Assembly (NCBI GenBank): GCA_963675745.2
Contig: CAXXWX010000026.1
Location: forward strand, 640,001-704,000
DNA: 64,000 nt
Source: Phycisphaerae bacterium
GTDB lineage: Bacteria; Planctomycetota; Phycisphaerae; UBA1845; Fen-1342
Reading direction: 5' to 3'
Shown: positions 1-9,891 of the stretch, piece after piece
Layout: each line of letters begins with the position of its first letter
How positions within the stretch are numbered: the first letter of the stretch is position 1
Made by a program: the position numbers and the translations under genes
Notes under the pieces: model-generated
Database searches by the model: none
What the model was told of the DNA's origin: nothing
Seen by the model: the letters and a program-made list of their open reading frames with translations, nothing else

Positions 1-411
1 AGGCCGACAGTCCAGCGTCTCGAATTGCAGCTCGAGCACGCGAATCTGCACCGCTCGTTCGCCGAGGAGAAGTGGGCCGAGTCCGCGCTCGAGATGGGGC
101 GGCGTGCCAAGCTGCGATCAGTGTGCCCGGCTCCCACCCCCGCTGTCGGGCTGATGAAGCTCGTGCTCGAGGCGGTTCCCGAGAACGTCCAGCTTGAAGA
201 TGTGTCGATGCGCGTGAGTGTGGAGAGGGTGATATTCGATGTGCGCGGGACCTACCAGGGCCGCGTACCTGCCAGCGTTGTCGCTGATCAGTGGGCTCGG
301 GAGCTGTCGGCCGGCCCCGTGTGTGCGGATGCCAAGGTGACTTCGGTGAACGGCAGCGGCCGCCTGGCGCCGGCCAGTATGCAACTCACTATCCGATACA
401 CGGGAGGCTGA
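1..411 (+). CDS. PilN/GspL-like fimbrial assembly protein (5'-truncated by window edge)
   Basis: Frame is open from base 1 to TGA at 409-411. Ferredoxin-like PilN pattern (LEAVPENVQLEDVSM...VRGT). First of four co-oriented genes ending in a pilin. Confidence 0.5.
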   Translation, partial: RPTVQRLELQLEHANLHRSFAEEKWAESALEMGRRAKLRSVCPAPTPAVGLMKLVLEAVPENVQLEDVSMRVSVERVIFDVRGTYQGRVPASVVADQWARELSAGPVCADAKVTSVNGSGRLAPASMQLTIRYTGG

Positions 412-415
412 CGCG

Positions 416-1030
416 GTGCGAAACTGGCTCACTCCGCGCTGTATCGTGGTTGCGCTGATGCTGGTGGCGGCGCCCGTCGCGGCCCTGGCGCACATCCTGA
501 TCGCGCTGGTGCCCGGGAAGATCACCGAGCAGCGTCTGGCGAGCAACGTGGTCCAGTCCACGGCGGCGCTGGAGACAACCTGGCAGGAGACATCCGACTA
601 TACGGCGCGCGCCGTGCAACTTGAGCAGGCGCTGGCCGACGAGAATGAGGACGCCGCCGCCGCGCGCTGGATGTCGCAGCGCGCGTCGACGATGGTCTTT
701 GACGCCATGGCCGAGGTGTTTGACGACCCGGGTGTCTCGATCGACCAGTTGACGTTCGAGGAACCCGCCCTGTTCGGGGCGGCCGACCGCCAGAACCTGC
801 TGGCATGTGAGCGTTGCCACATTGTGTGCATGGGCTCATACGCGTCGCTGACGGAGTGCCTCGACCGATTGAACCAGCTTACCTTCCCTCTACACATTAC
901 CGACATGTTATGGGCGCGCAGCGGCGAATTCTTGCGCCTCGAACTGCTGATCGAGATTCCGTTTGTTCCGGATGAAGGGCTGCGAGAAGCGCTGGCCGAC
1001 CAGGCCGGACTAGAGGAAGACGATGAATAG
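416..1030 (+). CDS. PilO/GspM-like type IV pilus/T2SS assembly protein
   Basis: N-terminal TM helix, then coiled coil, then GSYASLTECLDRLNQL resembling the PilO GxYxxLxxFLxxLE motif. Operon context. Confidence 0.5.
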   Translation: MRNWLTPRCIVVALMLVAAPVAALAHILIALVPGKITEQRLASNVVQSTAALETTWQETSDYTARAVQLEQALADENEDAAAARWMSQRASTMVFDAMAEVFDDPGVSIDQLTFEEPALFGAADRQNLLACERCHIVCMGSYASLTECLDRLNQLTFPLHITDMLWARSGEFLRLELLIEIPFVPDEGLREALADQAGLEEDDE

Positions 1031-1511
1031 CGGGCGACGCAGAAAGCAAATCCTCGCCGGCGTGACGGCCCTGGCCGCGATCTGGTTCGTCGCGACACGG
1101 CTGGGCATCGGCAACAGCCCCGCGGAAGCCCACGCCGAACCGCGGGCAGCGACCGCGGAGCTGGACACGGCGTCCGTCATTACCGGTCCGGACGCTACCG
1201 CCACGCCGGCCGCGCAGGACCTGCGCGCGGCGTTGGACGCGGCAACATGGCCGACAGATCCGTTCCACAACTCATGCGACACGGATTCTGAGCCGAATCA
1301 AGCGGATGCAGGCGATGGTGAAGTTGTGGGTGAACCGCGCTTTGTATTCAGCGCTGTAATCAGCGGTACGCCTCCGCTGGCGTTGATAAACGAGCGTATC
1401 GTACGGCCGGGCGACAGATTGAGTGACGGTTCTGTTGTCGGGGCGATCGATGCAGAAACCGTGACGTTGCAGACCCCGGAGGGAACCAGGGTATTGCACT
1501 TGTCAAAGTGA
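1023..1511 (+). CDS. PilP/GspC/MshK-like pilus assembly protein
   Basis: N-terminal TM, a DPF motif and C-terminal SAVISG..PLALINERIVRPGD..GSVV.AID..TVTL. Overlaps the upstream stop. Confidence 0.55.
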   Translation: MNSGRRRKQILAGVTALAAIWFVATRLGIGNSPAEAHAEPRAATAELDTASVITGPDATATPAAQDLRAALDAATWPTDPFHNSCDTDSEPNQADAGDGEVVGEPRFVFSAVISGTPPLALINERIVRPGDRLSDGSVVGAIDAETVTLQTPEGTRVLHLSK

Positions 1512-1536
1512 CACCCGTAGTAGCGAGGAAGCGCAG

Positions 1537-1932
1537 ATGAATCCGAAACGCACAGCTTTTACCCTGGTCGAGTTGGTTATGGTGATCGTGATCATCGGGC
1601 TGCTCGCCGCCGTCGTGGTCCCGAAATTCGCCGACGTCAACACGGAAGCGAAGGCGGCCGCGGAAGAGGGCACCGTTGCCGCGATTCAAAGCGGCATCAG
1701 CCTGGCACACATGGCCGAGCTGATCAAGGGAAATGACACTTACCCGTCCAAGTTGGATGACGCCAAGGTTGGAGATGCCAGCGCGACAAACGCGCTCTTC
1801 ACCGACGTGATTGATGGCGGCATTACCGATGCCAACTGGTCAAAGGTCGACGCGACGACCTACAAGTACAAGCCGACGGGTAACAGCTTCAAGTACGACT
1901 CGGGCACTGGTAAGTTCACCGCGACCAAGTAG
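1537..1932 (+). CDS. Type IV pilin/pseudopilin with N-terminal methylation motif (MshA-like)
   Basis: KRTA|FTLVELVMVIVIIGLLAAVVVPKF prepilin motif with E5. GAGGA Shine-Dalgarno upstream. Confidence 0.85.
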   Translation: MNPKRTAFTLVELVMVIVIIGLLAAVVVPKFADVNTEAKAAAEEGTVAAIQSGISLAHMAELIKGNDTYPSKLDDAKVGDASATNALFTDVIDGGITDANWSKVDATTYKYKPTGNSFKYDSGTGKFTATK

Positions 1933-2252
1933 TGGCAGCGGAGAGTACGGCGGTGGCGTGGGACCGCGTGCCCCAGCAGTGTGGGCGCGCCGGCCGACGC
2001 CGTGCCGCCGACGTGCCTGCAATCTTGCCGCGCCGTGATCGCGTACCCGGTGTCCTCGCTCCCCAGCGGGCGCGGCTGGATCAGAGACCGCGGGATTTGA
2101 AGACGGAGAGGTCGCCGACCACCGCGCCCTCGAATCTTCGGATCCCCCGGTTGTAATATCTGCCACAGGCGCCACGCAACGTGCTAAAATCCGAATAGCA
2201 GGCGCCGGTCTCCGTGAACGGTCGCACGCGCTCGGATTGCAGGTGGTCACAC

Positions 2253-2555
2253 ATGCCGCGTTACGAATACGAAATCATCCGGCCCGGCGACGAGCCTGGC
2301 GAGCGGTTCGAGGTCTGGCAGAAGATGAGTGACAAGCCGCTCACGCGCCACCCCGAGACCGGCCAGCCGGTCCGCCGCGTGATTTCCGCCCCGATCATCC
2401 CCGGTCAACACTCCGACCACGCGCTCAACCGCACGCTGCGTGACGACAAGAAGCTCGGCGAAATGGGCTTTACCAAGTACGTCAAGACCGGCGACGGCAC
2501 CTACGAAAAACGCGCCGGCGAAGGCCCGCCAAACATCTCACGCCAGAAACCCTAG
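2253..2555 (+). CDS. FmdB-family zinc-ribbon-like small protein (cysteine-less variant)
   Basis: MPRYEYE...FEVWQKMSDKPLTRHPETGQPVRRVIS follows the FmdB pattern. Start reassigned to ATG 2253. Confidence 0.7.
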   Translation: MPRYEYEIIRPGDEPGERFEVWQKMSDKPLTRHPETGQPVRRVISAPIIPGQHSDHALNRTLRDDKKLGEMGFTKYVKTGDGTYEKRAGEGPPNISRQKP

Positions 2556-2815
2556 AGCAAGTCACGATGGCCGGTAGCGTTCGACCCCGAGTCGGACGTC
2601 TTAGCGAGAGGGCTGTTCCCGCCGGCTGCGCGCTGGAAGCCGTTGAGTCACCGCATCCCGATCTGTATAGTGGAAGGTCGCGGGGGCAGCATCGCCGGGG
2701 CGCTGGGTCGCCTCACGGCGTGTTGGGCCGTTCATGTCGCACATTCGGCCGGGGCGTGTTCGCTGGAGCCTCGGCGCTGAGCCGCACGGCTACTTGCGGC
2801 GGAAGGGGTAGGAAG

Positions 2816-5800
2816 ATGCGAGTCAATATTCAATCGCTGTGTACTGTCGTATTTGTGGGCGCAGTGTGCTTGGTTGGCGCGAACATCACTCAGGCGCAGT
2901 GTACGCCTGACGAATGGGCGACACTCGAACCGTCTGACGGTGCGAGCGGAGACAAGTTCGGTAGCTCGGCGGCGGTTGACGGTGATGTCTACGTCGTCGG
3001 CGCGCCAGAACGCGACGAGTATGGGCAATGGTCCGGGGCAGCGTACGTGTACCGGTTTGATGGTGAGACGTGGATCGAGGAAGCCAAGCTCGTGGCGCCG
3101 GATGGCGCGGCGTACGACCGGTTCGGGCACTCCGTAGCTATCTCCGGAGACACGATTCTCGTCGGGGCCAAAACCCATGACGCGCTTGGCGCCAGCTCCG
3201 GTGCGGCGTACGTGTTCCATTACGATGGCACGAGCTGGGTCGAAGACGCCAAGCTCCTGGCGTCCGACGGCGAGGCGTACGCGCATTTTGGTGCGTCGGT
3301 GGCCCTGAGCGGTGATACCGTGTTAATAGGCGCCGATTACCCGTACGTGGATGTCGATCAGCCCGGCGCAGCATACGTGTTTCGTTATGACGGCGCATGG
3401 GTGGAAGAAGCCAAGCTGATGGCTTCCGATCCGTCCCCGCTCAACCACTTTGGCTACTCTGTATCCCTCGATGGTGACGCCGCTCTGATCGGCGCGCATG
3501 GCGACGACGACATGGGCAACGGTGCCGGTGCGGCATATGTGTTTCGTTTCGATGGATCGACATGGGCCGAAGAAGCCAAGCTGCTTGCGTCCGACGGGGC
3601 AGCGTCGGACATCTTCGGGACCGCTGTTTCCGTGTCCGGCGACACCGCTCTGATTGGCGCACGTTCCGACGACGACTCGGGCACATCCTCCGGCTCGGCC
3701 TATGTGTTCCGCTTCGACGGCACGAGCTGGCTGGAAGAAGCCAAGCTGCTGGCCTATGACGGCGCCGAGGGCGATCGCTTCGGAGAGTCTGTCGCCGTCT
3801 CCGGCAACATCGCCTTGGTTGGCGCTCCGTATGACAACTCGAGTTCCGAATACGGCTCGGCGTATGTGTTCCAGTTTGACGGCGCAGCCTGGAACGCTGA
3901 AGCCAAGCTCTGGGACTACTGGTCGGACAGCAATACCGGCTACTCGGTCGCGATCGCCTCCGACTTCGCCGTCGTCGGGGCACCCTATCTCACGGGCGAC
4001 AGTCCCGGGAAGGTCTTCGTGTTCCGCGGACTGGGCGACTGCAACGGCAATGGCGTGCTCGACATGTGTGACGTCGATGATCAAACGAGCGAGGACTGTA
4101 ACGGCAACCTGGCGCCCGACGAGTGCGATGTCGTCGACGGCACCAGCGAAGACTGCACTGGCAACAGCATTCCGGATGAGTGTGAGCCCGATTGCAATCT
4201 GAACGGCGTCGCCGACAGCTGCGATATTCTGGACGGCACCAGTGAGGATTGCACGGATAACGGTATTCCGGATGAGTGCGAGCCCGACTGTAACCAGAAC
4301 GGTATCGCCGACGTCTGCGATATTGCCGACGGCACGAGCGAAGACTGCGCCGGCGAGGGTGTGCCTGATGAGTGTGAGCCCGACTGCAATGGTAACGGCG
4401 TCGCCGACAGTTGTGACATCCTGGACGGCACAAGCGAAGACTGCGCCGGCGAGGGTGTGCCCGACGAGTGCGAGCCGGACTGCAACGGCAACGGCGTCGC
4501 GGACAGTTGTGACGTACTCAATGGCACCAGCGTGGATCGCGACGAGGACGGGATTCCCGATGAGTGCGAGATCAACTGCTACGCCGACCAGTTTCGGAAG
4601 GTGTACGCCTCGGATGGCGGTGAAATGCACCGATTCGGCAGCGCGGTGGCAATTGACGGTGACGTAGCACTGATTGGTGCCAGCGGCGCCGATGGGCTGG
4701 TCGATCGCTGCGGTGCGGCTTACGTGCTTCGATGGGACGGCATGGAGTGGCTCGAAGAGGCCAAGCTGATGGCATCTGATGATGACGAGTTCGATGAGTT
4801 CGGGTACGCAGTGGCTCTCGATGGCAACGTGGCCATCATCGGTGCCCTGGACGACGACGATCTCATTGCAAATGGCGGGGCGGCATACATCTTCCGTTAC
4901 GCCGAAGGACAATGGACCGAAGAGGCCAAGCTCACCGCTTCCGATGGCAGCGCGAGTGACTATTTTGGGTATGCGGTCTCGATCTCAGGAAACGTGGCGG
5001 CCATTGGAACGGACTACGTAAACGCAGCGTACGTGTTCCGCTACGACGGAGCAACGTGGCAGGAAGAGGTACGTCTCACCGATCCAAACGGCGTGGGGCC
5101 ATACTTCGGTCGCTCGGTATGCGTGCAAGGCGACACGCTGCTGGTCGGCGATAGCTGTGATGACGAGATGGCAGTCAACGCCGGCGCCGCGCACGCTTAT
5201 CGCTTTGACGGCGTGACATGGATCCATGAGGCCAAGCTAATAGCATCCGACGGCCAGCAAGAAGATTACTTTGGCTGTTCCGTATCACTCTCGGGAGATA
5301 CGGCGCTCATAGGCGCCTTCTCCGTGGATGACCAGTGGTCGCACCAAGGCGCTGCGTACGTTTTTCGCTTCGACGGGGCAGCCTGGGTTGAGGAGGCCAA
5401 ACTCATGGCTTCCGATGGTCGATCACCAGATGAGTTCGGGTACTCCGTGGCGCTGTCAAACGACACGGCACTGATCGGTGCGCCGGTGAGCATACTCGAT
5501 GGCCAGGGACTAGCCGGCGCGGCGTATGTGTATCACTACGACGGCGCCGCGTGGACCGAGGCGGGCAAGCTGATCTCGTCCATCCCGCGCGTCGGACCGG
5601 AGGCGCTCGGCTGGTCGGTCGCACTGTCCGGCGACACGGCAGTCGCCGGCGCGTGGTTCGACTTCTCGCATGGGCAGGCGGCCGGATCCGCTTACATCTT
5701 CCGCGGTCTGGGCGATTGTAATGCCGACGGTGCGCTCGATGTGTGCGAGCCCGACTGCAACGGCAATGGGATTGCTGATGAGTGCGACATTACTGCAGGT

Positions 5801-7678
5801 GCCAGCGAGGATTGCACGGGCAATGGCATTCCCGACGAGTGTGAGCCCGACTGTAACGGCAACGGCGTCGCTGATAGCTGCGATATTGATGATCTAACCA
5901 GTGAAGACTGCACAGGCAACGGCGTCCCGGATGAGTGCGAGCCGGACTGCAACGGCAACGGCGTCGCCGATAGCTGCGATATCGACGGTTCAACCAGCGA
6001 AGACTGCACCGGCAACGGCGTCCCCGACGAGTGCGAACCCGACTGCAACGGCAACGGCGTCGCCGATAGCTGCGATATCGACGATTCAACCAGCGAAGAT
6101 TGCACTGGCAATGGCGTCCCCGACGAGTGTGAGCCCGACTGCAACGGCAACGGCGTCGCCGACAGTTGCGATATCGCGGCCGGCATGAGCGAAGACCGCA
6201 ACCGGAACGGCGTGCCCGACGAATGCGATGCGTGGTGTGTCGCCGGCGAGCACCGCAAGCTCACAGCGGTCGACGGCGAGAGCTTTGACTACTTCGGCGG
6301 TGCGGTGGCAATTGACGGCAACACCGCAGTCGTCGGGGCATACGGTGACGACGACATGGCCAGCAGCGCCGGGGCGGCGTACGTCTACTACCACGATGGC
6401 GTGCATTGGGTTCTGGGGGACAAACTGACGCCCGCCGACCTCGCCGCCAGCGACGTCTTTGGCACGGCTGTTTCGCTCGCCGGTGATGTGTTGCTGGTGG
6501 GAGCACCAGGGAGCACCAGCGCCGACGTGCCCGGCGCGGCGTACGTCTTCCGCCATGACGGCACGGCGTGGATCGAGGAAGCCCGCCTCACCGCGGCGGA
6601 TGGCGAGGTGGGTGATGAGTTTGGCTGCGCCGTTTCGCTTTCCGGCGATATCGCGCTGATCGGGGCGCGCTACGATGACGATCTTGGTGGCCAAGCCGGC
6701 GCGGCGTATGTGTTCCGCTACGATGGCTCCACCTGGGTCGAGGAGGCCAAGCTCTTGGCCCTGGATGGCGACGCGTCAGACAGTTTCGGCTCCACGGTCT
6801 CCATTTCCGGAGACGTGGCCCTCATCGGCGTGTCAAGCGACGATGACTACGGGCACCTGGCCGGCGCGGCATACGTGTTCCGCTACGACGGCGGCACGTG
6901 GAATCAGGACCCGAAGCTGTACGCAGCCGATGCAGGGCCTTGGGGTTCCTTCGGCAGCGCCGTGTGCCTGGCTGGCGACACCGCGCTGATCGGGGCGCCT
7001 GCCATTTCGTTTTGGGCACCGACCGCGGCGGCGTATGTGTTTCGTTACGACGGTGTGCAATGGGGCGAACAGGCCAAGTTCACGGCTTCCGACGGCGAAT
7101 CGGCTGATCAGAGCTACTTCGGCAGCGCCGTGTCGCTCTCCGGCGACTTCGCTCTGATCGGGGCATACGGGGACGACGACATAAGCAACTACGCCGGCGC
7201 GGCGTACATCTTCCACTTCGACGGCGCCGAGTGGGTCGAACTGGCCAAGCTGACCGCCATGGATGGTGCGGAGTCCGACAACTTCGGCGGGGCGGTCTCG
7301 CTGTCGGGTGACATGGGCTTAATCGGTGCCTGGTATGATGACGACCTGGGCAGCTCGTCAGGCTCGGCTTACATTTTCCGCGGCATCGGCGACTGCAACA
7401 TCAGCGGCGCCCTCGACGTGTGCGACATCACCGCCGGCGCGTCCGAGGACGTCAACGCCAACGGTACGCCCGATGAGTGCGAACCGCTGGGCGACCTGAA
7501 CTGCGATGGCTGGACAAATCACGGCGATATCGACGCGTTTGTCTATGCGCTGTCCTATCCCGATCAGTACCCAGCCGAGTACCCGGACTGCGACATCATG
7601 AACGGCGATATAAACGGCGACGGCTGGATGAACAACGGCGATATAGACGCTTTTATAAACCTGCTGGACCAGCCATAG
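2816..7678 (+). CDS. Large secreted FG-GAP (integrin-alpha-like) beta-propeller protein with Cys/Asp-rich DCNxNG repeats and a C-terminal dockerin-like domain
   Basis: Signal peptide from ATG 2816 (MRVNIQ...TQAQC). Three blocks of FGxSVAxSGDxALIGA...GAAYVF repeats, two DCNGNGVADSCD repeat blocks and a GDLNCDG...GDINGDG..N.GDIDAF end. Confidence 0.85.
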   Translation: MRVNIQSLCTVVFVGAVCLVGANITQAQCTPDEWATLEPSDGASGDKFGSSAAVDGDVYVVGAPERDEYGQWSGAAYVYRFDGETWIEEAKLVAPDGAAYDRFGHSVAISGDTILVGAKTHDALGASSGAAYVFHYDGTSWVEDAKLLASDGEAYAHFGASVALSGDTVLIGADYPYVDVDQPGAAYVFRYDGAWVEEAKLMASDPSPLNHFGYSVSLDGDAALIGAHGDDDMGNGAGAAYVFRFDGSTWAEEAKLLASDGAASDIFGTAVSVSGDTALIGARSDDDSGTSSGSAYVFRFDGTSWLEEAKLLAYDGAEGDRFGESVAVSGNIALVGAPYDNSSSEYGSAYVFQFDGAAWNAEAKLWDYWSDSNTGYSVAIASDFAVVGAPYLTGDSPGKVFVFRGLGDCNGNGVLDMCDVDDQTSEDCNGNLAPDECDVVDGTSEDCTGNSIPDECEPDCNLNGVADSCDILDGTSEDCTDNGIPDECEPDCNQNGIADVCDIADGTSEDCAGEGVPDECEPDCNGNGVADSCDILDGTSEDCAGEGVPDECEPDCNGNGVADSCDVLNGTSVDRDEDGIPDECEINCYADQFRKVYASDGGEMHRFGSAVAIDGDVALIGASGADGLVDRCGAAYVLRWDGMEWLEEAKLMASDDDEFDEFGYAVALDGNVAIIGALDDDDLIANGGAAYIFRYAEGQWTEEAKLTASDGSASDYFGYAVSISGNVAAIGTDYVNAAYVFRYDGATWQEEVRLTDPNGVGPYFGRSVCVQGDTLLVGDSCDDEMAVNAGAAHAYRFDGVTWIHEAKLIASDGQQEDYFGCSVSLSGDTALIGAFSVDDQWSHQGAAYVFRFDGAAWVEEAKLMASDGRSPDEFGYSVALSNDTALIGAPVSILDGQGLAGAAYVYHYDGAAWTEAGKLISSIPRVGPEALGWSVALSGDTAVAGAWFDFSHGQAAGSAYIFRGLGDCNADGALDVCEPDCNGNGIADECDITAGASEDCTGNGIPDECEPDCNGNGVADSCDIDDLTSEDCTGNGVPDECEPDCNGNGVADSCDIDGSTSEDCTGNGVPDECEPDCNGNGVADSCDIDDSTSEDCTGNGVPDECEPDCNGNGVADSCDIAAGMSEDRNRNGVPDECDAWCVAGEHRKLTAVDGESFDYFGGAVAIDGNTAVVGAYGDDDMASSAGAAYVYYHDGVHWVLGDKLTPADLAASDVFGTAVSLAGDVLLVGAPGSTSADVPGAAYVFRHDGTAWIEEARLTAADGEVGDEFGCAVSLSGDIALIGARYDDDLGGQAGAAYVFRYDGSTWVEEAKLLALDGDASDSFGSTVSISGDVALIGVSSDDDYGHLAGAAYVFRYDGGTWNQDPKLYAADAGPWGSFGSAVCLAGDTALIGAPAISFWAPTAAAYVFRYDGVQWGEQAKFTASDGESADQSYFGSAVSLSGDFALIGAYGDDDISNYAGAAYIFHFDGAEWVELAKLTAMDGAESDNFGGAVSLSGDMGLIGAWYDDDLGSSSGSAYIFRGIGDCNISGALDVCDITAGASEDVNANGTPDECEPLGDLNCDGWTNHGDIDAFVYALSYPDQYPAEYPDCDIMNGDINGDGWMNNGDIDAFINLLDQP
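5807..6190 (+). repeat. Intragenic ~96-bp (32-aa) tandem repeats EDCTGNGVPDECEPDCNGNGVADSCDIxxxTS
   Basis: gaagactgc recurs at 5903 and 5999 (period 96). A similar block lies at about 4140-4570. Confidence 0.8.
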
Positions 7679-7730
7679 GGCGAGGCTTGCGACGCCACTC
7701 GGCCAACGGGAACGCCGGCGGCGTACGCGT

Positions 7731-9656
7731 CTAATCTGCGACGCCGTCGCCGTTGATGTCCACCGTCTCGTTTTGGATCGGCACGGGGCGAAAATCTACA
7801 TATGCGCAGTTTTTGCCGGCGTTGTCACCGACGCCGATGCGGACCCGGAAGCGTTCGTTCAGCGTGAGGCCGTCGAGGTTCGCGGTACACTCGTAAACCG
7901 AAGCGTCGGCCTCTGTTGCGGTCATATCCTGCCCCCAGCGCTCGCTGAAGAACGGATCCTCAGCTTGTGGGAGCTGGTAAATCGACTCGAAGTTGTCATA
8001 AAACGCGAATAGCTGCACGGAGGTTGCATCTCCGCTGACCGTAGCGCGCACCGTAAGTGTGCCGGCGGTGGTGTCGAGATCGTATTGGACTCCGGTGATG
8101 CTGGGCCCCCCGCGATAGGATGCAACGTTCGGGAACCACACGTACAGCCGATGCGGGTCGCCGAATTCGCCGTTGTCCCACAGACCGGCCAACACACCCG
8201 CTCCCGCACTCATGGAAGTCATATTGACCGGCGTGGCATAGTGGTTCAGCCAGGCCTCGTGGCTTTCGAGGGCCATCGATCCGTCAAGCGTGCCCAGGCC
8301 GGGCAATTGATCGACGTTGCCGCTCGGCTCATCCGGCCGATAGCCCGTGAAGATCGCCGTTCCGGCGCTGTCCAGGAAGGTGGAGTGCCCGGCGAGGCCC
8401 TGAGCGATTACCGTGGTGGTTCCAGCCGTGCGATCAACGATTTCCACCTGGTACTGCGAGAGGTCGTTTGTGTTGCGCGTGTACGCGACATAACGGGCGT
8501 CATCGCTGACGCCGAGGTCGTTGTGGTAGCCACTGGCGTAAGCGTCGCCACTGCTGGTCAGCGTGGTGATGCCGGCGGATGTCTGGAGATAAACGTCCCG
8601 AGGAAAGGTGTTGTTGGGGCCCTCGAACCGGACAACCGCCACGAGGGCCGACGCGTCGCCGTTAATGCGGAACTTCGAGGGCCCGCGAGCCACCGAACCG
8701 CTGCGCACAAACTGATTCGGTGCCAGGTATGCCACTGGCTGGCCGCCGGCGGCGCTGAGTCCGTAAATGATGCCTGAATCATAGCCCATGAAGAGCAGGG
8801 CCGTACCGTCGTCGGTGATCTGGAGGTTGTTGAAATCCTCCTCACCCTCTTCGAAATTGCGACCGTCGAGCAACGTGGCGAGTGTCCCGCTCGCCCAGTC
8901 CGCCAGCAGAATGACTGACGACGTGAACATGTAGCCACTGCACGCTTCATCGCCGCAGGCGTCGATGATCAGTGCGCAGACGTCGCCGTCGGCGGATGGT
9001 CGGATTTCGGCGGGTAGCTTGACCAAGCCGCTGGGTAACGTGAATTCCACCAGGCCGCTGCCGTCGCTGTTGATGCAGAACAACTGTGCCTGGGGAGTGG
9101 CAGCAGCATTGCTGGTCGTGAACCAGATGCGGCCGCCATCCTTGGAGACGATAGCGTCGCGGATGCTGCTCTTGATACTGCCGCCTTCGGCGTAGTTGGC
9201 TCCACTGGGTATGCCGTACTTGGGGTCGGCGACGAATCCACCGGCCCCGCGGTGAATGATCGAAGCGGCGACGAAATTGCCGTCGTCGGTGTCGGAGCCG
9301 CCATCGTCATCGCCATCATCACCGTCGCCACCATCGCCGCCGTCCGCGTCACCATCATCACCGTCGCCGCCATCGCCACCGTCGGCATCGCCGTCGCCGC
9401 CGTCATCATCGCCATCACCATCGTCGCCACCGTCGGCATCACCATCGCCGCCATCGCCGCCGTCGACATCACCATCACCACCATCGCCGCCGTCGCCGCC
9501 ATCGGTAGCGCCATCAACGCCATCACCACCATCGGGTGTTGGAGAAATCAAGTCATCAGGGCTGAAGTTGCAGCCGCCGCCCATTACGCAGGGCAGCAGC
9601 GCGATCGCGAGGGAGGTGGAGAGTATCACAATCATCAGACGTGCACGTCCGTTCAT
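7731..9656 (-). CDS. Secreted protein or lipoprotein with Gly/Asp-rich linker and probable TolB-like beta-propeller
   Basis: Hydrophobic N-terminus ending MGGGC, a (DGG/DGD)n tract and repeated SxDGxx motifs. AAGGAG SD upstream. Confidence 0.65.
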   Translation of the reverse strand: MNGRARLMIVILSTSLAIALLPCVMGGGCNFSPDDLISPTPDGGDGVDGATDGGDGGDGGDGDVDGGDGGDGDADGGDDGDGDDDGGDGDADGGDGGDGDDGDADGGDGGDGDDGDDDGGSDTDDGNFVAASIIHRGAGGFVADPKYGIPSGANYAEGGSIKSSIRDAIVSKDGGRIWFTTSNAAATPQAQLFCINSDGSGLVEFTLPSGLVKLPAEIRPSADGDVCALIIDACGDEACSGYMFTSSVILLADWASGTLATLLDGRNFEEGEEDFNNLQITDDGTALLFMGYDSGIIYGLSAAGGQPVAYLAPNQFVRSGSVARGPSKFRINGDASALVAVVRFEGPNNTFPRDVYLQTSAGITTLTSSGDAYASGYHNDLGVSDDARYVAYTRNTNDLSQYQVEIVDRTAGTTTVIAQGLAGHSTFLDSAGTAIFTGYRPDEPSGNVDQLPGLGTLDGSMALESHEAWLNHYATPVNMTSMSAGAGVLAGLWDNGEFGDPHRLYVWFPNVASYRGGPSITGVQYDLDTTAGTLTVRATVSGDATSVQLFAFYDNFESIYQLPQAEDPFFSERWGQDMTATEADASVYECTANLDGLTLNERFRVRIGVGDNAGKNCAYVDFRPVPIQNETVDINGDGVAD

Positions 9657-9891
9657 GCCGCGCTCCTTGATACATGATTCTCACCCCCCGACTGGCATAC
9701 TTTCGTCGCCAAGGTCCGCGTAACTTGATCGAGCAACGGGTTGGATTTACCAAGTGGCCGCGGCCTCAGGCGGCCATCAGGTAGATTGGCGATTATTCGG
9801 AGTGCGAATGTCGCTAACGGCTGGCGGCCCGGCGGGCATAAGGCGTGCGGTACACTCACTCGCACGGCCACGCACGGCCCGGGCGCGGAGA

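Noticed and set aside
2567..2815. N-terminal extensions given by the ORF track (FG-GAP protein, rplO, rpsH, rplN, ybeY, mreC, mutM, rhomboid)
   Set aside because: Downstream starts match family N-termini, signal peptides, SD or -10 positions better.
9657..9891. Riboswitch or ncRNA in long intergenic leaders (also 1933-2252, 45819-46070, 46965-47186)
   Set aside because: No recognisable conserved aptamer or leader motif by eye. An Rfam/Infernal scan would be needed.
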